A stretch of DNA of 64,000 nt. Source: Oopsacas minuta (lineage: Eukaryota > Animalia > Porifera). Where the stretch lies: assembly GCA_024704765.1 (NCBI GenBank), contig JAKMXF010000298.1, forward strand, positions 1 to 64,000. The letters are read 5' to 3'. The position numbers and the translations under genes are program-made. Of the stretch, positions 33,652-50,150 are shown piece by piece (position 1 is the first letter of the stretch; each line of letters starts with the position of its first letter). The notes below the pieces were generated by a model that did no database searches, was not told the origin of the DNA, and saw only the letters and a program-made list of their open reading frames with translations.

Positions 33652-34692
33652 ATGTCTGTGAAACAGCTCCAGAAACGTAAGAGACTAAGGAAAGGTAGGA
33701 TAACTTACCGCAAGAGAAAGCAGAAACTCACTGATGGTAAGATCATAGAACAGTTCTACGAAGTAGGCAGTGAGACAGATGTCAGTATTGATTGTCCTCT
33801 GTTTGAACTTCCACCGAGTATATCTTGTCAAGAAATGAAAGATGCTATTCTGCCTCAAGATTTCCTATCTAAAATGTGTGTAACAAAGCTCACAGCTTCC
33901 AAAGATGTTATTAGTCGTCTGGAGGAACTCAAATTTGTAGAATATAACTTTATATCCGAGAAAGTCGAGTCTGAGAACGAGGATTTGGGACATTTGGATG
34001 GAGAACTCTGCTACAGTAAATCCAGCAAGAGGAAGAGAATCATGAACAAACGTAAGACAGTGAGTGACAGCTTATTTCCTAGCGATACAGAGAGTAACGA
34101 AGAATATCCGAGTGTAGAAACAGATCTATTCTCTACAGAAATTAATCCTACGACAAGCATTAAAGGACCAGATCCTGCGCCTTATCGTACTCCTGTTAAA
34201 TACAGTTATTCCTCACTGAAGGTCTCTCAAACTGATATAAATACAAAACCTAAAATGAGCGAAATAACCAATTTAGATGCAGACGATGAAGAAAGTACTT
34301 TTGAGTCCATAATCTCCAAACCTGAACAAACAGACGCTACAATGAGAGACTTACCAGCTCATAACAGAATGAAGGATAAGAGGAACTTGCTTAGAGACCC
34401 AGAATTAGTAAATTCTATCATAACTCAGTTTGTGGAGAGCTCTCAGAACCAGCTAGCTATCTCTACACGAATAGATAAGTTCGGATTTAGAGTTATACGT
34501 TGCTTATCTCTAGCTCATGGAGTAAAGGTCAAGTTGTTGGAACATTGTCATTTCGGCTGGTGTCCTCTCTTACTACGAACAGCTCGCAGTCGTGTGGGAG
34601 AGAAAGAATTATGGGAACCAATGCTTAATCTCCTCAAACAGGAATCTAAAGGCTATTCTCGTAAATCAAAGTCTCGCCATACAACTAGCTAA
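33652..34692 (+). CDS. Nuclear low-complexity protein with degenerate R3H-like domain
   Basis: 346-aa ORF with basic NLS-like clusters; C-terminal IDKFGFRVIRCLSLAHGVKVK...LLLRT resembles R3H with His replaced by Arg. Confidence 0.55.
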   Translation: MSVKQLQKRKRLRKGRITYRKRKQKLTDGKIIEQFYEVGSETDVSIDCPLFELPPSISCQEMKDAILPQDFLSKMCVTKLTASKDVISRLEELKFVEYNFISEKVESENEDLGHLDGELCYSKSSKRKRIMNKRKTVSDSLFPSDTESNEEYPSVETDLFSTEINPTTSIKGPDPAPYRTPVKYSYSSLKVSQTDINTKPKMSEITNLDADDEESTFESIISKPEQTDATMRDLPAHNRMKDKRNLLRDPELVNSIITQFVESSQNQLAISTRIDKFGFRVIRCLSLAHGVKVKLLEHCHFGWCPLLLRTARSRVGEKELWEPMLNLLKQESKGYSRKSKSRHTTS

Positions 34693-34780
34693 CAAACTAA
34701 CTATCTAGTCATCATATTAAAACATTCAATTACATAACTAATGACCTTATTAATCCCAATTATATTCAAATTATTAGCCA

Positions 34781-36829
34781 ATGGCTTCTAGCCCTAACCC
34801 AAAACACATATATGCAAGAGTTAATAAGAAATCAGTGAAGAAGAAACACTCATCTCCTGGACAAGATACTCAGACTGAATTTATGATACAAGACTCTAGT
34901 AACGATCCGATTAAAGTAGGAGGTCCATTGATGGAGGTCACCCCTCTACCCTTTGAAAACTCAGCTGCTCCTGTAGACGATATATTTAGCAACCTAGACG
35001 ATTATCCTCTGGAAGAACAAATTGATATGATATACTCTTCTTCTCGGAAATTCACACCAGCTCAGAAAAGAGGAAGCAGTAGACATTCAAAGGAGGTGGA
35101 CTATATGCCTCCAGTTGGATCTGCATTCGATAAAGCGTTTAGGAAATGGGAAGATAAAATGCAGAAAGGAGGATGGATAGAAAAGACTAGTACTCTCAGA
35201 AGTTGGTCTGATTTCCAGTTAGTCCTCGGTGAGGTCAATCCTCCTAATCCTGTAATACCCGATAGGAACATGGAGGAAATACTCAAATCCCCATCAGAGG
35301 TATCAGGCTCCATGTGTAGAGAGATAGCAGTTAACCTAGACAAATGGTATCTAGACACTGTGTGTAGTCAGTGGGAAGTAGAACAACTCATGTCTGAGAC
35401 TGAGATAGGAACATTCTGTATAACTAATCCAGATATAAATGGGTTCATTAACCTATACATCAGGGTAGATCCTCTAATACACAATACCACTATACTAGTA
35501 CATAAAATAGGTATACTATACAGACGATATAAGATCAGAGAATCTAAGGAATATTTCTTCTCTCTATCTTCTCTACTCGCACATTTCTGTTCTCAATCTA
35601 CAACCTTATCCTCAGATCTATACCTTATTTCTCCTCAACTATTGACACACCCTTGCCTCAGTCCAGGAGATAGAGTTAAGCTAGAGGACTATCCTATATC
35701 TCTACAGGAGAAAGAGAAGATATACAGTAGAGCTAGGGAGATTGCTCTTGGAGCAAGCAAATGGTTACTGACCGTAAGTACAACTAGTCAAGTACATGCT
35801 AAACTAGCTGATGATCATACAATAAACTTCCTTATATGGCAATGTATAGAAACAGGAATAAACCATTTATCAATCTACTTTGAACAAGGAGTAACATTTG
35901 ATTGTAAACTCAGAGGTTCTCAATTCGGCTTTGAAGTACAAGAGTGTCCGATCATATTCCCATCACTAACAACTCTACTCAGCTATCTGACCCTCTTCAC
36001 ATCCAAAGGTTATCTTCCTTGTAACCTCAGATATCCTAAGATAGATCCCAGCTTACCTCCTAATCTACATGCGCAGAATCTATTCAATAGACTCAAGATA
36101 GAGTACTACCTAACAACCAATAAGGACATATGGTATTATGAAGTGACTAGTGAGAGTGCTATAACATCTATGCTATGTTACCGTCATGTGGGCTCCTTTA
36201 CAGTAACAGTCAGTGACTCAATAAACTATACTCTGTCTATTAAGAACTCTATACACTCAATCCTACACTTCCCAATAGTCAAAAGCTCCTCCGATTATAC
36301 GCTAAAGCTAGGTACATTCATAGACACACACTACTCTCTCCCAGCTCTGCTTGCTAATAGCTTACAGCTAATAAGACTACAACAAAGAATGGAATGTGCT
36401 GTAGTTGTTAAAGATGTAACTTATCCATTCGCATTCTCATTCGACACTAAGAGACATAAATTATTGAGTCAGATAACTTACCAGAAGGAGAGTTTAAGAA
36501 CTCACCTGAAAGAGACCCGTTCCATATGGTATCAGAACTGTGATCCACCCTCTGACATCAAGACAATATTTTTATCACCTCTGGCTATAAATGGCACATT
36601 CGTTATATACAGTAGTGATTCTATTCCATTCTTAACCGTATACTTCTTATTAGAGAAATATCCCGAGATACATATAGGGGAATGCTTGATAGAAAATACT
36701 ACTACAGGAGCAGTACTGTCTGGTGCTGAACCTACCTGTACAGATCTTATAGAACTAGTCATATACTGTTGTCTTCACAAACACCAAGTCCTGCCATTAA
36801 AGCTCGTGCCCCCATTCACCACCAGGTAG
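34781..36829 (+). CDS. Protein with four tandem divergent SH2-like domains
   Basis: Four repeats starting WYL/WLL/WYY/WYQ, each with a G/N-x-F-x-I/V strand and ending in F/Y-x-SL..LL or DLIELV...LPLKL. Confidence 0.7.
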   Translation: MASSPNPKHIYARVNKKSVKKKHSSPGQDTQTEFMIQDSSNDPIKVGGPLMEVTPLPFENSAAPVDDIFSNLDDYPLEEQIDMIYSSSRKFTPAQKRGSSRHSKEVDYMPPVGSAFDKAFRKWEDKMQKGGWIEKTSTLRSWSDFQLVLGEVNPPNPVIPDRNMEEILKSPSEVSGSMCREIAVNLDKWYLDTVCSQWEVEQLMSETEIGTFCITNPDINGFINLYIRVDPLIHNTTILVHKIGILYRRYKIRESKEYFFSLSSLLAHFCSQSTTLSSDLYLISPQLLTHPCLSPGDRVKLEDYPISLQEKEKIYSRAREIALGASKWLLTVSTTSQVHAKLADDHTINFLIWQCIETGINHLSIYFEQGVTFDCKLRGSQFGFEVQECPIIFPSLTTLLSYLTLFTSKGYLPCNLRYPKIDPSLPPNLHAQNLFNRLKIEYYLTTNKDIWYYEVTSESAITSMLCYRHVGSFTVTVSDSINYTLSIKNSIHSILHFPIVKSSSDYTLKLGTFIDTHYSLPALLANSLQLIRLQQRMECAVVVKDVTYPFAFSFDTKRHKLLSQITYQKESLRTHLKETRSIWYQNCDPPSDIKTIFLSPLAINGTFVIYSSDSIPFLTVYFLLEKYPEIHIGECLIENTTTGAVLSGAEPTCTDLIELVIYCCLHKHQVLPLKLVPPFTTR

Positions 36830-37018
36830 AGCTTATTATTAATATTTATTAAACTTTATTTATTTTATTCATGACGTATGTATGTATATCTTGTATAAGT
36901 TGTAAATATGCTATGGGTGTTTTATAATATAGAATTTTTGCTTGAATATAGTTTAATACGATTAATACAAGCACGTGTAAGTGTATAAGTGATTATAGTT
37001 GTAACTAATATAGTGTAG

Positions 37019-37831
37019 TTATAGCATAAATGGAAGATCGGAATTCTTCTCTCCTGTACCGAAATACAAGTATCCATACTTCTTAGTGTTAGGCACGTGG
37101 AAAGCAGAGAATCCTATCCAGCTTAGAGACCTGAGCACTACCAATCCACTCCCTCTCTCAGCTTGTAATGTCCAGCATCCTTTAGGTACATCAATCTCTA
37201 ACGTCTCTAGAAAATCAAAAGCAGGGTCTGAAGATTCTGTATCTATCTTTGTGTATTCTCTCAGGTGTAGATAGGAAGCTAGTTTATGTGAGTGTCCCTC
37301 AGATAAACCTTCAAATGAACCATTCAGTATAACTTGATCTAGCGGGGTCTTCATGAGAGCTCCTCTAGGCACCAGACTGCATTCCTTCTCCACCAACTTG
37401 ACAACAGCAGCTAATCTATCCTCCTCCTTCATCTCTATCTTACTACTGCTATCAGGTTCCCCACTAGCTTCCTGAGTGTATAGACTCTCTGATTGCTCAT
37501 ACACAAATGCAGGATCTCCTGTAAACCGACCTTTAACCTTTTGAGCCTTAAACAGCATGTCAGGGGTTACGTGGTTCATAATCCCCCATTCCAGACAATC
37601 TTGTGATGACAAATACTTCCTATTATGTATCTGGTCACCTCCTATACCTACAACTATATAGTAGTTACGCTTTACTCCCTGAATCTTTCCCCAAAAGCAT
37701 ACTCTATTGAATTTATTCTTTGTCTGTTCTAATATGAGACTGGTCTGTAGAGCTGCCTTCTCTTCTGGTGACAATATAATACCACACCCTTCTAGATACC
37801 CTATATCACTCAATACCTTATCCGAATCCAT
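37019..37831 (-). CDS. RSPH9: Radial spoke head protein 9
   Basis: LSPEEKAALQTSL; FWGKIQG...YYI; EEDRLAAVV; LRSLSWIG; YGYLYFGTGEKNSDLPFML. Confidence 0.96.
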   Translation of the reverse strand: MDSDKVLSDIGYLEGCGIILSPEEKAALQTSLILEQTKNKFNRVCFWGKIQGVKRNYYIVVGIGGDQIHNRKYLSSQDCLEWGIMNHVTPDMLFKAQKVKGRFTGDPAFVYEQSESLYTQEASGEPDSSSKIEMKEEDRLAAVVKLVEKECSLVPRGALMKTPLDQVILNGSFEGLSEGHSHKLASYLHLREYTKIDTESSDPAFDFLETLEIDVPKGCWTLQAERGSGLVVLRSLSWIGFSAFHVPNTKKYGYLYFGTGEKNSDLPFML

Positions 37832-37984
37832 CAGGACACCTAGTTATATACCGACATAATATTATGACGTAATGAGATATTATTATTAATAAATTATCGT
37901 TAATACATGCTAACTATGAATCACAATAAAATCAAAAAATAATTAGAATTGAACCTAAAATCTTCTAAAATAGTTTCCTAAGAG

Positions 37985-39007
37985 CTATGTACTGAGTGTA
38001 TGCCAATTATTGAGAGAAGCATACGGAGGAGATACAGCTAGATTAAGAGGAGAGATATACTGAATACATGCTGCATTACAGATGGAATACTCATAGACTA
38101 CTGGAGTATTCACATCAGTCAAATTCGATTGAATTAGCTCAGATAGTTCAGGGTCTGTTTTGGGAGCTATTATTTGTAAACGAATGTTTGGAGAATTTAT
38201 TTTCATCAAAACATTATCTTTAGCTTCAATAGAGTTATGAGCTTGTACTTGTGTAATCTGATCTACATTTGATGGTTGTGACATGACCTTTAAACCCTTG
38301 ACAGCTACGCTGAGAGCAAGAACACCAGTCAAATAAAACGCGAATGATGAGAGGAATGCTATACCCATGTTTCTAACAGAGGTTTGAAATTTCGCGTTAA
38401 AATCCCTCCATCTGAATAGTGTGAGTATTTCCCTATAAGTACAGTATCCTCTTCGCTTAACTAGATCAGTTACAATCTGTGCTTCTATTTCCTTACTAAA
38501 TTCATTGAATTCTTTCTGAGACATATAAAGCTTCCATTCTATAGCATTGAGGAACATAGTTTCCAGATTATTCACTTCAGATACAGTCTTCTTACTTAAG
38601 TTAGCCCATTCTTTGTTGCTTATAGCTTCGTATTCACCGTTATCTATCAGGAATTTGTTAGAGAGGATCATAGAGACAAGGAACAAATCAAAAGTGTTAA
38701 GTTTCGTAATCGATAGATTGTGACTACATTTCTTATGATATTCCTTAGCGTAAGCTAGCCCCAATATCATACAGTAAGGAGAAATCATAGCTCTACGACA
38801 GATAGTAGATGTGCTGTCAAGCAATCGGCGAGATGGTGGAGTGGAAGTTAAGGAAGCCATCTGATTAATTGTGAATGAGTTTAGATAAATTGATGCTTCT
38901 TCAAAGGAATATTCATCCAAATAATTATCAAATTCTTCACCATAGGAAGGAAATTGAATAGTTTTCTTGCGGCTAATCCAGCCTAGGCCAAGATATTCTG
39001 ATTCCAT
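37985..39007 (-). CDS. CNPPD1: CNPPD1 (cyclin Pas1/PHO80 domain protein)
   Basis: ISPYCMILGLAY; DLFLVSMILSNKFLID; NKEWA; LETMFLNAIEWKLY; downstream hydrophobic helix. Confidence 0.9.
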   Translation of the reverse strand: MESEYLGLGWISRKKTIQFPSYGEEFDNYLDEYSFEEASIYLNSFTINQMASLTSTPPSRRLLDSTSTICRRAMISPYCMILGLAYAKEYHKKCSHNLSITKLNTFDLFLVSMILSNKFLIDNGEYEAISNKEWANLSKKTVSEVNNLETMFLNAIEWKLYMSQKEFNEFSKEIEAQIVTDLVKRRGYCTYREILTLFRWRDFNAKFQTSVRNMGIAFLSSFAFYLTGVLALSVAVKGLKVMSQPSNVDQITQVQAHNSIEAKDNVLMKINSPNIRLQIIAPKTDPELSELIQSNLTDVNTPVVYEYSICNAACIQYISPLNLAVSPPYASLNNWHTLST

Positions 39008-39388
39008 TTAAATTAAGATATTACACTGATCTTACAGCTGATCTATAGTTTTATATATAGTATAATAATTGCCTATTCCAGTGTGTTCACTAATACAAAG
39101 CCACACACACTGCAAGATAACATATGTTCTATGCGGACAGATATACGTAATAATATGAATCTGCTTTAATCATTGTCTATATTTAGACATAGAAAATGCA
39201 ACGAATGTAACATAAAATAATATTATTATACACAAATTACCACTAGAGCTAGTAAATGCAATTAAAACTGAGGAAAAACGATTACAAATATAAGCTAAAA
39301 TCAACAATAAAAGAATCGGTTAGTAGCAGACAATCTAAGATAATGTTCTAATACTATGCGAAATCTAAAACCGGAAAAAACCGATTAT

Positions 39389-44348
<4,960 letters not shown>

Positions 44349-44750
44349 TAGTGCATATAATATGTATGCTATTAAAATCTGCTACTCAGTAGAGGGCAGA
44401 TACTCAAATCAAAAGTTAACTCAAATCCAAAACATATCTATTATGATTAGACGTCAGTATATATATTAGGTCTTAGTGATATGTTATCTGATACTATGCT
44501 ATATTTAATAAGATATTATAAGTTATTTTAGTAAGGCTTGCTAACCATGATATAATCGATACGTAGATGCTGCCACAATTCCTAGTGGATCAACAGGAAC
44601 TTTGCCAAGTTATATCCGTTGTATATGCTTAAAATGGCACAGATGTAGGTCAGAGTGCCCTCTTATCGAAAGAATCTGGACACTCCTTCCTACCATTAAT
44701 GCCATACTCGGGACTTAAAGTATAGAATACAACATTTAAGGAAATACGTT

Positions 44751-47700
44751 TTACCCTATTTGGCTCAAATATACACATGCTGAGAACTCACCAAAAGGAT
44801 CTAGATTAGACCTGAGAGTACCAGAGAATAACACAGGGTCTTGAGGAATAATAGTCAGTCGAGATCTCAAGTCATCTAGTCCCACATCAGCAATATTAAC
44901 TCCATCTATTACAATACTCCCACCAGTAGCCTCAAGGATTCTGAACAGTGCTAGAGTCATGGAAGATTTACCAGCTCCAGTTCTCCCTACAATAGCTAGC
45001 TTCTGACCTCCTCGTATCTCCAGATCTAGATGGTCTATCACTAGATCTAGATCCTCTCTGTATTTAACACTGTACTGATTGAATTGTACATTTCCGTGTT
45101 GTGGCCAGTTAGCTGGTAGATTGATCTTATCAGTTACAGGAGAAGCTTCTCTTTTCAACTCAGCATACTCTATAACTCTCTCAATAGCCACAAAATTAGT
45201 TTCCAATTCAGAGGTCATTCGTACTAACCAATTGAGATCTTCTGTAATCATAAGCGCATAGCTGATAGATAACCCAATCAAACCAGCATTTGTTATCGAC
45301 AATTCCCTAGACACAACAGCGAATATTGCAGCAAAGAATACTACAGAATGTCCAACGAATTCCAGCCTTATAGCTAACCATCTATCAGCACAAATACTGG
45401 GATAATACACTTCCTGGTTGCGATCTACTCTATCCTCACTCTCCTGTATAAAGCTAGCCTGTTTCTTATAAGCACGAATGGTACTAACACCAGTGAGAGA
45501 CTCTTGGAAATGTGAATAGATTGGAGATCTGGTAACAGATTCTATTCGTTTCAGCTGTCTGGATGAGCATACATAGAATCTTTGTACGAACAGATAGAAG
45601 ATTATCATTGGTATAACCACTATTAGAAACAAGGGAGTAGCGTAGGAGATTATTATTATTGTCGTTAAAACCGAGAAGAAAGTGCCCATGAAGTCGGAAA
45701 TCGAATAAGGGATTGTTTCGTCAATTAAATAAATGTCTTTAGAAAACCGATTAACAATCCTACCAATTGGAGTTTTATCAAAGAATGACATTGGAAGACG
45801 GACGACATTAAGCAAGAGAAGTCTGTGAAGATCTCGTGAAGCATAAATAGTACCAATAGCAAAGAAATAAGCAGAACCTAATGTGAATATACCCTGTATG
45901 AATCCGAGCAGAGCATATACACCTAAATATAATACCAATTCAGGATCAGCTGTATTATTCGTGTTATTACTAGAGTTAGGAGTAAGAGTATTTTTATTGC
46001 TCCAATAAGCTAGCCAAACAGATGTACCTCCACTGGCTGCATAACTCAGTATATAAAACGCCATGATAAAGCAAGAGAGAATTACTCCGATTGATTTTAT
46101 ATACACATAGACAACCTTCATGTTAACGCGACCTGTGTCTGCTTTCTCCTCATCTATGATATTGCCATCCTTAGGAGCAGCAGGATGTTTGTCTACAGAA
46201 CTTTCCTGCTTTTTAATTCTTTCGGGTTAAGTATCTCTTTAGGAGATAAAGGTTCCACAACTTCTTCATCCTTTGTTTCAGAAACACGGCCAGTGTTTCC
46301 AGTTGTAGCAAAGGTCTCAATCAACTGAGCTATATCTCCATTATTCCTCAGCACTGCATTATACTCACCTTGTTCTACTATTGTACCGTGATCAAACATT
46401 GCAATGTAATCACTATCTGATACATAGTTCAGGTTATGAGTCACGAATATTCTGGTTTTATTCTTCAACAAACCGTTAGGACCGATAACTTCCTGATAGA
46501 TATGGTGACCTACGTGAGCATCAACAGCTGACAAGGTATCATCCAAGAAATAAACGTCAGAATCTTGATAGACTGCTCTAGCCAAACTAACTCTCTGTTT
46601 CTGTCCTCCACTCAAATTAATGCCTTTCTCTCCAATCTCTGTTTTATCTCCTGTGGGTAGGATTAGGATGTCGGTTTCTAAAGCACAAGCTCTCAACACG
46701 TCCTGATAACGATGAGGATCTTCACGAGCACCAAACAGAATATTGTTTTTCAATGTCTCATTTTGCATCCATGGTATTTGAGGTACATACGCAACAGAAC
46801 CTTGTAGTTTAACTTCTCCTCTATGCTTATCCATTTCACCCAATAATGCCATTAAGAATGAGCTCTTGCCAGTACCTACCTGTCCTATGATAGATACAAG
46901 AGTCCCTGGATCAATTCTAATGTTTACATTACGTAGAACAGGCTCGTCACCCTTTGCCCACCCAAAGTTAGCATTTTGCACTAGAATAGCCGGCTCCCTC
47001 AAAATAGCAGGATTTCTGCTCCAATTAACACTGTTAGGATCTAAATCTTCAAGATTCAAGAACTTATTCATTCTTTGGATTGAAACGCTGCATTCAACAA
47101 GAAAAGCAATAAGAAATGGGATCATAATCAATGGAAATCGAATTATATTGAAGAGTGCTAGCGCTACGAATGCAGTTTGAGGAGTGAGAGGATTCCCAGC
47201 TAGTACATAAGTTGCAAACGATGCTAGTGCTACAAGCAAGGGTGCCATCCACCAGGTAAATGTAACCCCAGCATTGAGGAATGCACAATATCTCAAAATC
47301 CTCATTTCTTGGTCACGAATATCAAGAACTTCCTTTTGATTAGGGACCTCCCAAGCGTATAATTTGATTACCTTAATCCCATTCAAAATCTCAGTGATTG
47401 TCTTAATCCTCTTATCCTTCAGCTCCATTAGTTTCTTCTGCAATTTAAGACTTATTGCAGCGATCACACCATTAATAGGTATCATTAAAAACATCACCAA
47501 CAGACCAGCAAATACAGCATACTGTATGACAAAATATAAGAAGGTAATAGATAGAAGTATTTGGAAAGGAGCAGACCAAATCATATGAATATAAGCCATC
47601 AAATCCATGAACCTTTGAGCATCTACTGACATAAGATTAACAATCTCACCTATGGTAGTCTTTTGACGAGATTCATGACTCAGTTTCAATGCCTTCCTAT

Positions 47701-48979
47701 AGATAATGTTAACTAGAGCTGTACGAATGTTCATACCGAGGACAAAGCCCTTTTGGAAGTACTGATGAAGGAGAATTGATTGTAGAACAGACACGCCTAA
47801 TAATATGAAAGCGTATACGATACCATGCCAATAAGGTTCATTCACATTCTGTACAAATCCAATTAATAGGTTAAGGATCTGAGGACTCACGAATATTAAA
47901 CTATCGGGAATTACTTTTAATAATCCACAAATAAGGAAAGGGAACCAATACGTCTTGACCATGATTAGGAGAGAATGAACAAAGAGAGAGTTAACAGGAG
48001 TATCAGAGCTCTTACTGCCTTTAGAACGACTAGATTGTATAAGAGGATCCTTTTCAGTGGACATTTTAATGGTATTCATCAATAATTCTTCATTTGGTAC
48101 AACTGGTGGCCTTCTAGCAAACTTTGCTAATTTCTTTTGATATTCCTTCTCCCAGGTGTTACGGAATAAAGGTGCAGCGTATGTTGTCGTGTCCTCCCGA
48201 TTGAGAGACCAGAGATCAGATCTCTCTAACGTCCTCCTAAATCCTGTGATTACTAACCCATTCAACCACCACCAAGTTATCTGAGAGAGGAATGTGGCTT
48301 TCTCCTCGGGGATTGGTTTATCGATTCCTTTGAACCAACTTATTGGTATTTTATCAGGAAATAATGTTATGATCAACAAGATGCTTCGAATAACCAAATT
48401 TAAAACAGTGAATGTTAGGAACACAATACTGGTGATAGAATTCTTTGGTTGAGTGAATTCATTACCCTCAATATCCAACGAGTAGGTTCGTATTTTCATT
48501 CCATCATGAAACACTAATAGAAACCAGAATACATGGAAGAGACCAGAAGTGAATATTCCTCGAATACGGTGGAATTGAACAAGTATCAAAGCCACAAACA
48601 AAGAAAATAACACAATGAGAGGAGATACGATTTGGAAGATGGCTACAGAGTTTGTGTCTACAGAGATTTTGTCTACAAGATACATATAGATTGCGAATAT
48701 TGCTTCTGCTGTAACCACAAGGATATCTAGACCTATGAACAATTCCTTCAACAGATTCACTAAGGTTAGTGGGATACGAAATTTAGAATAACGATAGTAT
48801 AGCACATGAGAGAGAGCTGTGAAGCAGAAGAGGATGCTAATTACCGCGAGGAGTATAGTGTCTTGAAAACAGAGTGTTAGATCTATTTCATCATAACCGC
48901 GATCTGGATTATCTAGCCCACCCCAGAACCTAGATACAGGCTGGCAGTATGAGTCAAGAAATGTAGAGTTTGAAGACAT
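44751..48979 (-). CDS. ABCC1: ABCC1-like copy B: giant exon 48979-44792 with a 1-bp deletion near 46214 and no terminal exon of its own
   Basis: Exon is 4188 bp vs 4189 bp in copy A; ctttttgaattc in A is ctttttaattc in B. It ends at the same intact donor (g|gtgagt at 44791); unspliced read-through stops at 44751. Confidence 0.75.
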
Positions 48980-49293
48980 TAGTGCATATAATATGTATGC
49001 TATTAAAATCTGCTACTCAGTAGAGGGCAGATACTCAAATCAAAAGTAATGACAAACTTACCTTGAAAATAAAATGTGATCAAATAACAAATCAAGCCAG
49101 ATATTCGTCTCTATGTATCAAATATCAGTTTTATACTATTCAGTATACCAAAATAGATACTTACATAACGTGACAAATATCATTTAGAACATTCTAATAA
49201 TAGCATTGTATCAAGTTGTATCAGCACTATTATAATTCGGGTAATAATCATAGAGTTAGAAAAAGCAAATAATAATCACTGAGCTGCCTAGAG

Positions 49294-50058
49294 CTATTCT
49301 TTCTTCTTCATCATCTTTAAGATGTACAGAAACAGATTAATCATATCCAAATACAATGTAATAGTAGCCATTATGTAGTCATCAGGGCTCAATTTATGCA
49401 TAATCATATGAGTATCGAGTATGATAAACCCACTGAATATGATAGCTCCAGCAAGGGAAATCATCAAATCTCCTATCTCAGTAGGAAACAGCAAGTGTAC
49501 GATACTACCAATCAGTAGTATCCATAGGAAAGTGAACAGACAAGCCCCCCAGGTAGAGAAATCGTAAGAAGATTGTAGTGTGTACATTGTGAGTATAAAG
49601 AACACAGATAGAGATAGCATGAATGCTGTAATTACAGCATGTAGCTCGTATAGCGTTACTATTTGACCTACTACAAGAGACTCTCCTAGAGTGAACGTGA
49701 AGAGTAGGATTAAGTTAGTTGGATGTGATTCCTTGAAGAACATCAAAGCGAATAGAATTGGGAATAATATGATCATATCAAAAGTTAGCAGTCCAGGATG
49801 TGTAGCAATAAATTCACGTATTCCTTCATGTTTTATGAATGCAATACTCACTATAGTTGTAAGAGTTAATTGTATTGCTAGCAGGAAATACACTCTACGT
49901 AGGAACCCCAGTCTAACGTGTATAGCAGCTTGAGAGACGTTAGATCTACTAGATCGTGGTCCTAACTCCAGCTGGTCTTCATCTCCAGGTATATCATACT
50001 TGTCTTCTCTGTAGGGTCCCTTCTCTGGGTTTATAAGTCCTTCTAGGGAGAAACTCAT
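49294..50058 (-). CDS. TMBIM4: Bax-inhibitor family protein TMBIM4/GAAP/Lifeguard 4
   Basis: VRLGFLRRVY; YDFS; FSGFIILDTH; SPDDYIMATITLYLDMINLF. Confidence 0.92.
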   Translation of the reverse strand: MSFSLEGLINPEKGPYREDKYDIPGDEDQLELGPRSSRSNVSQAAIHVRLGFLRRVYFLLAIQLTLTTIVSIAFIKHEGIREFIATHPGLLTFDMIILFPILFALMFFKESHPTNLILLFTFTLGESLVVGQIVTLYELHAVITAFMLSLSVFFILTMYTLQSSYDFSTWGACLFTFLWILLIGSIVHLLFPTEIGDLMISLAGAIIFSGFIILDTHMIMHKLSPDDYIMATITLYLDMINLFLYILKMMKKKE

Positions 50059-50150
50059 GTCTGGTGAATAAGCTAAAGCAAGTAAATAAATAAATAATAT
50101 GAAGTTTCAGCTACTGGTATAAGATATTAGTATTAGTATTATCAGTATTA

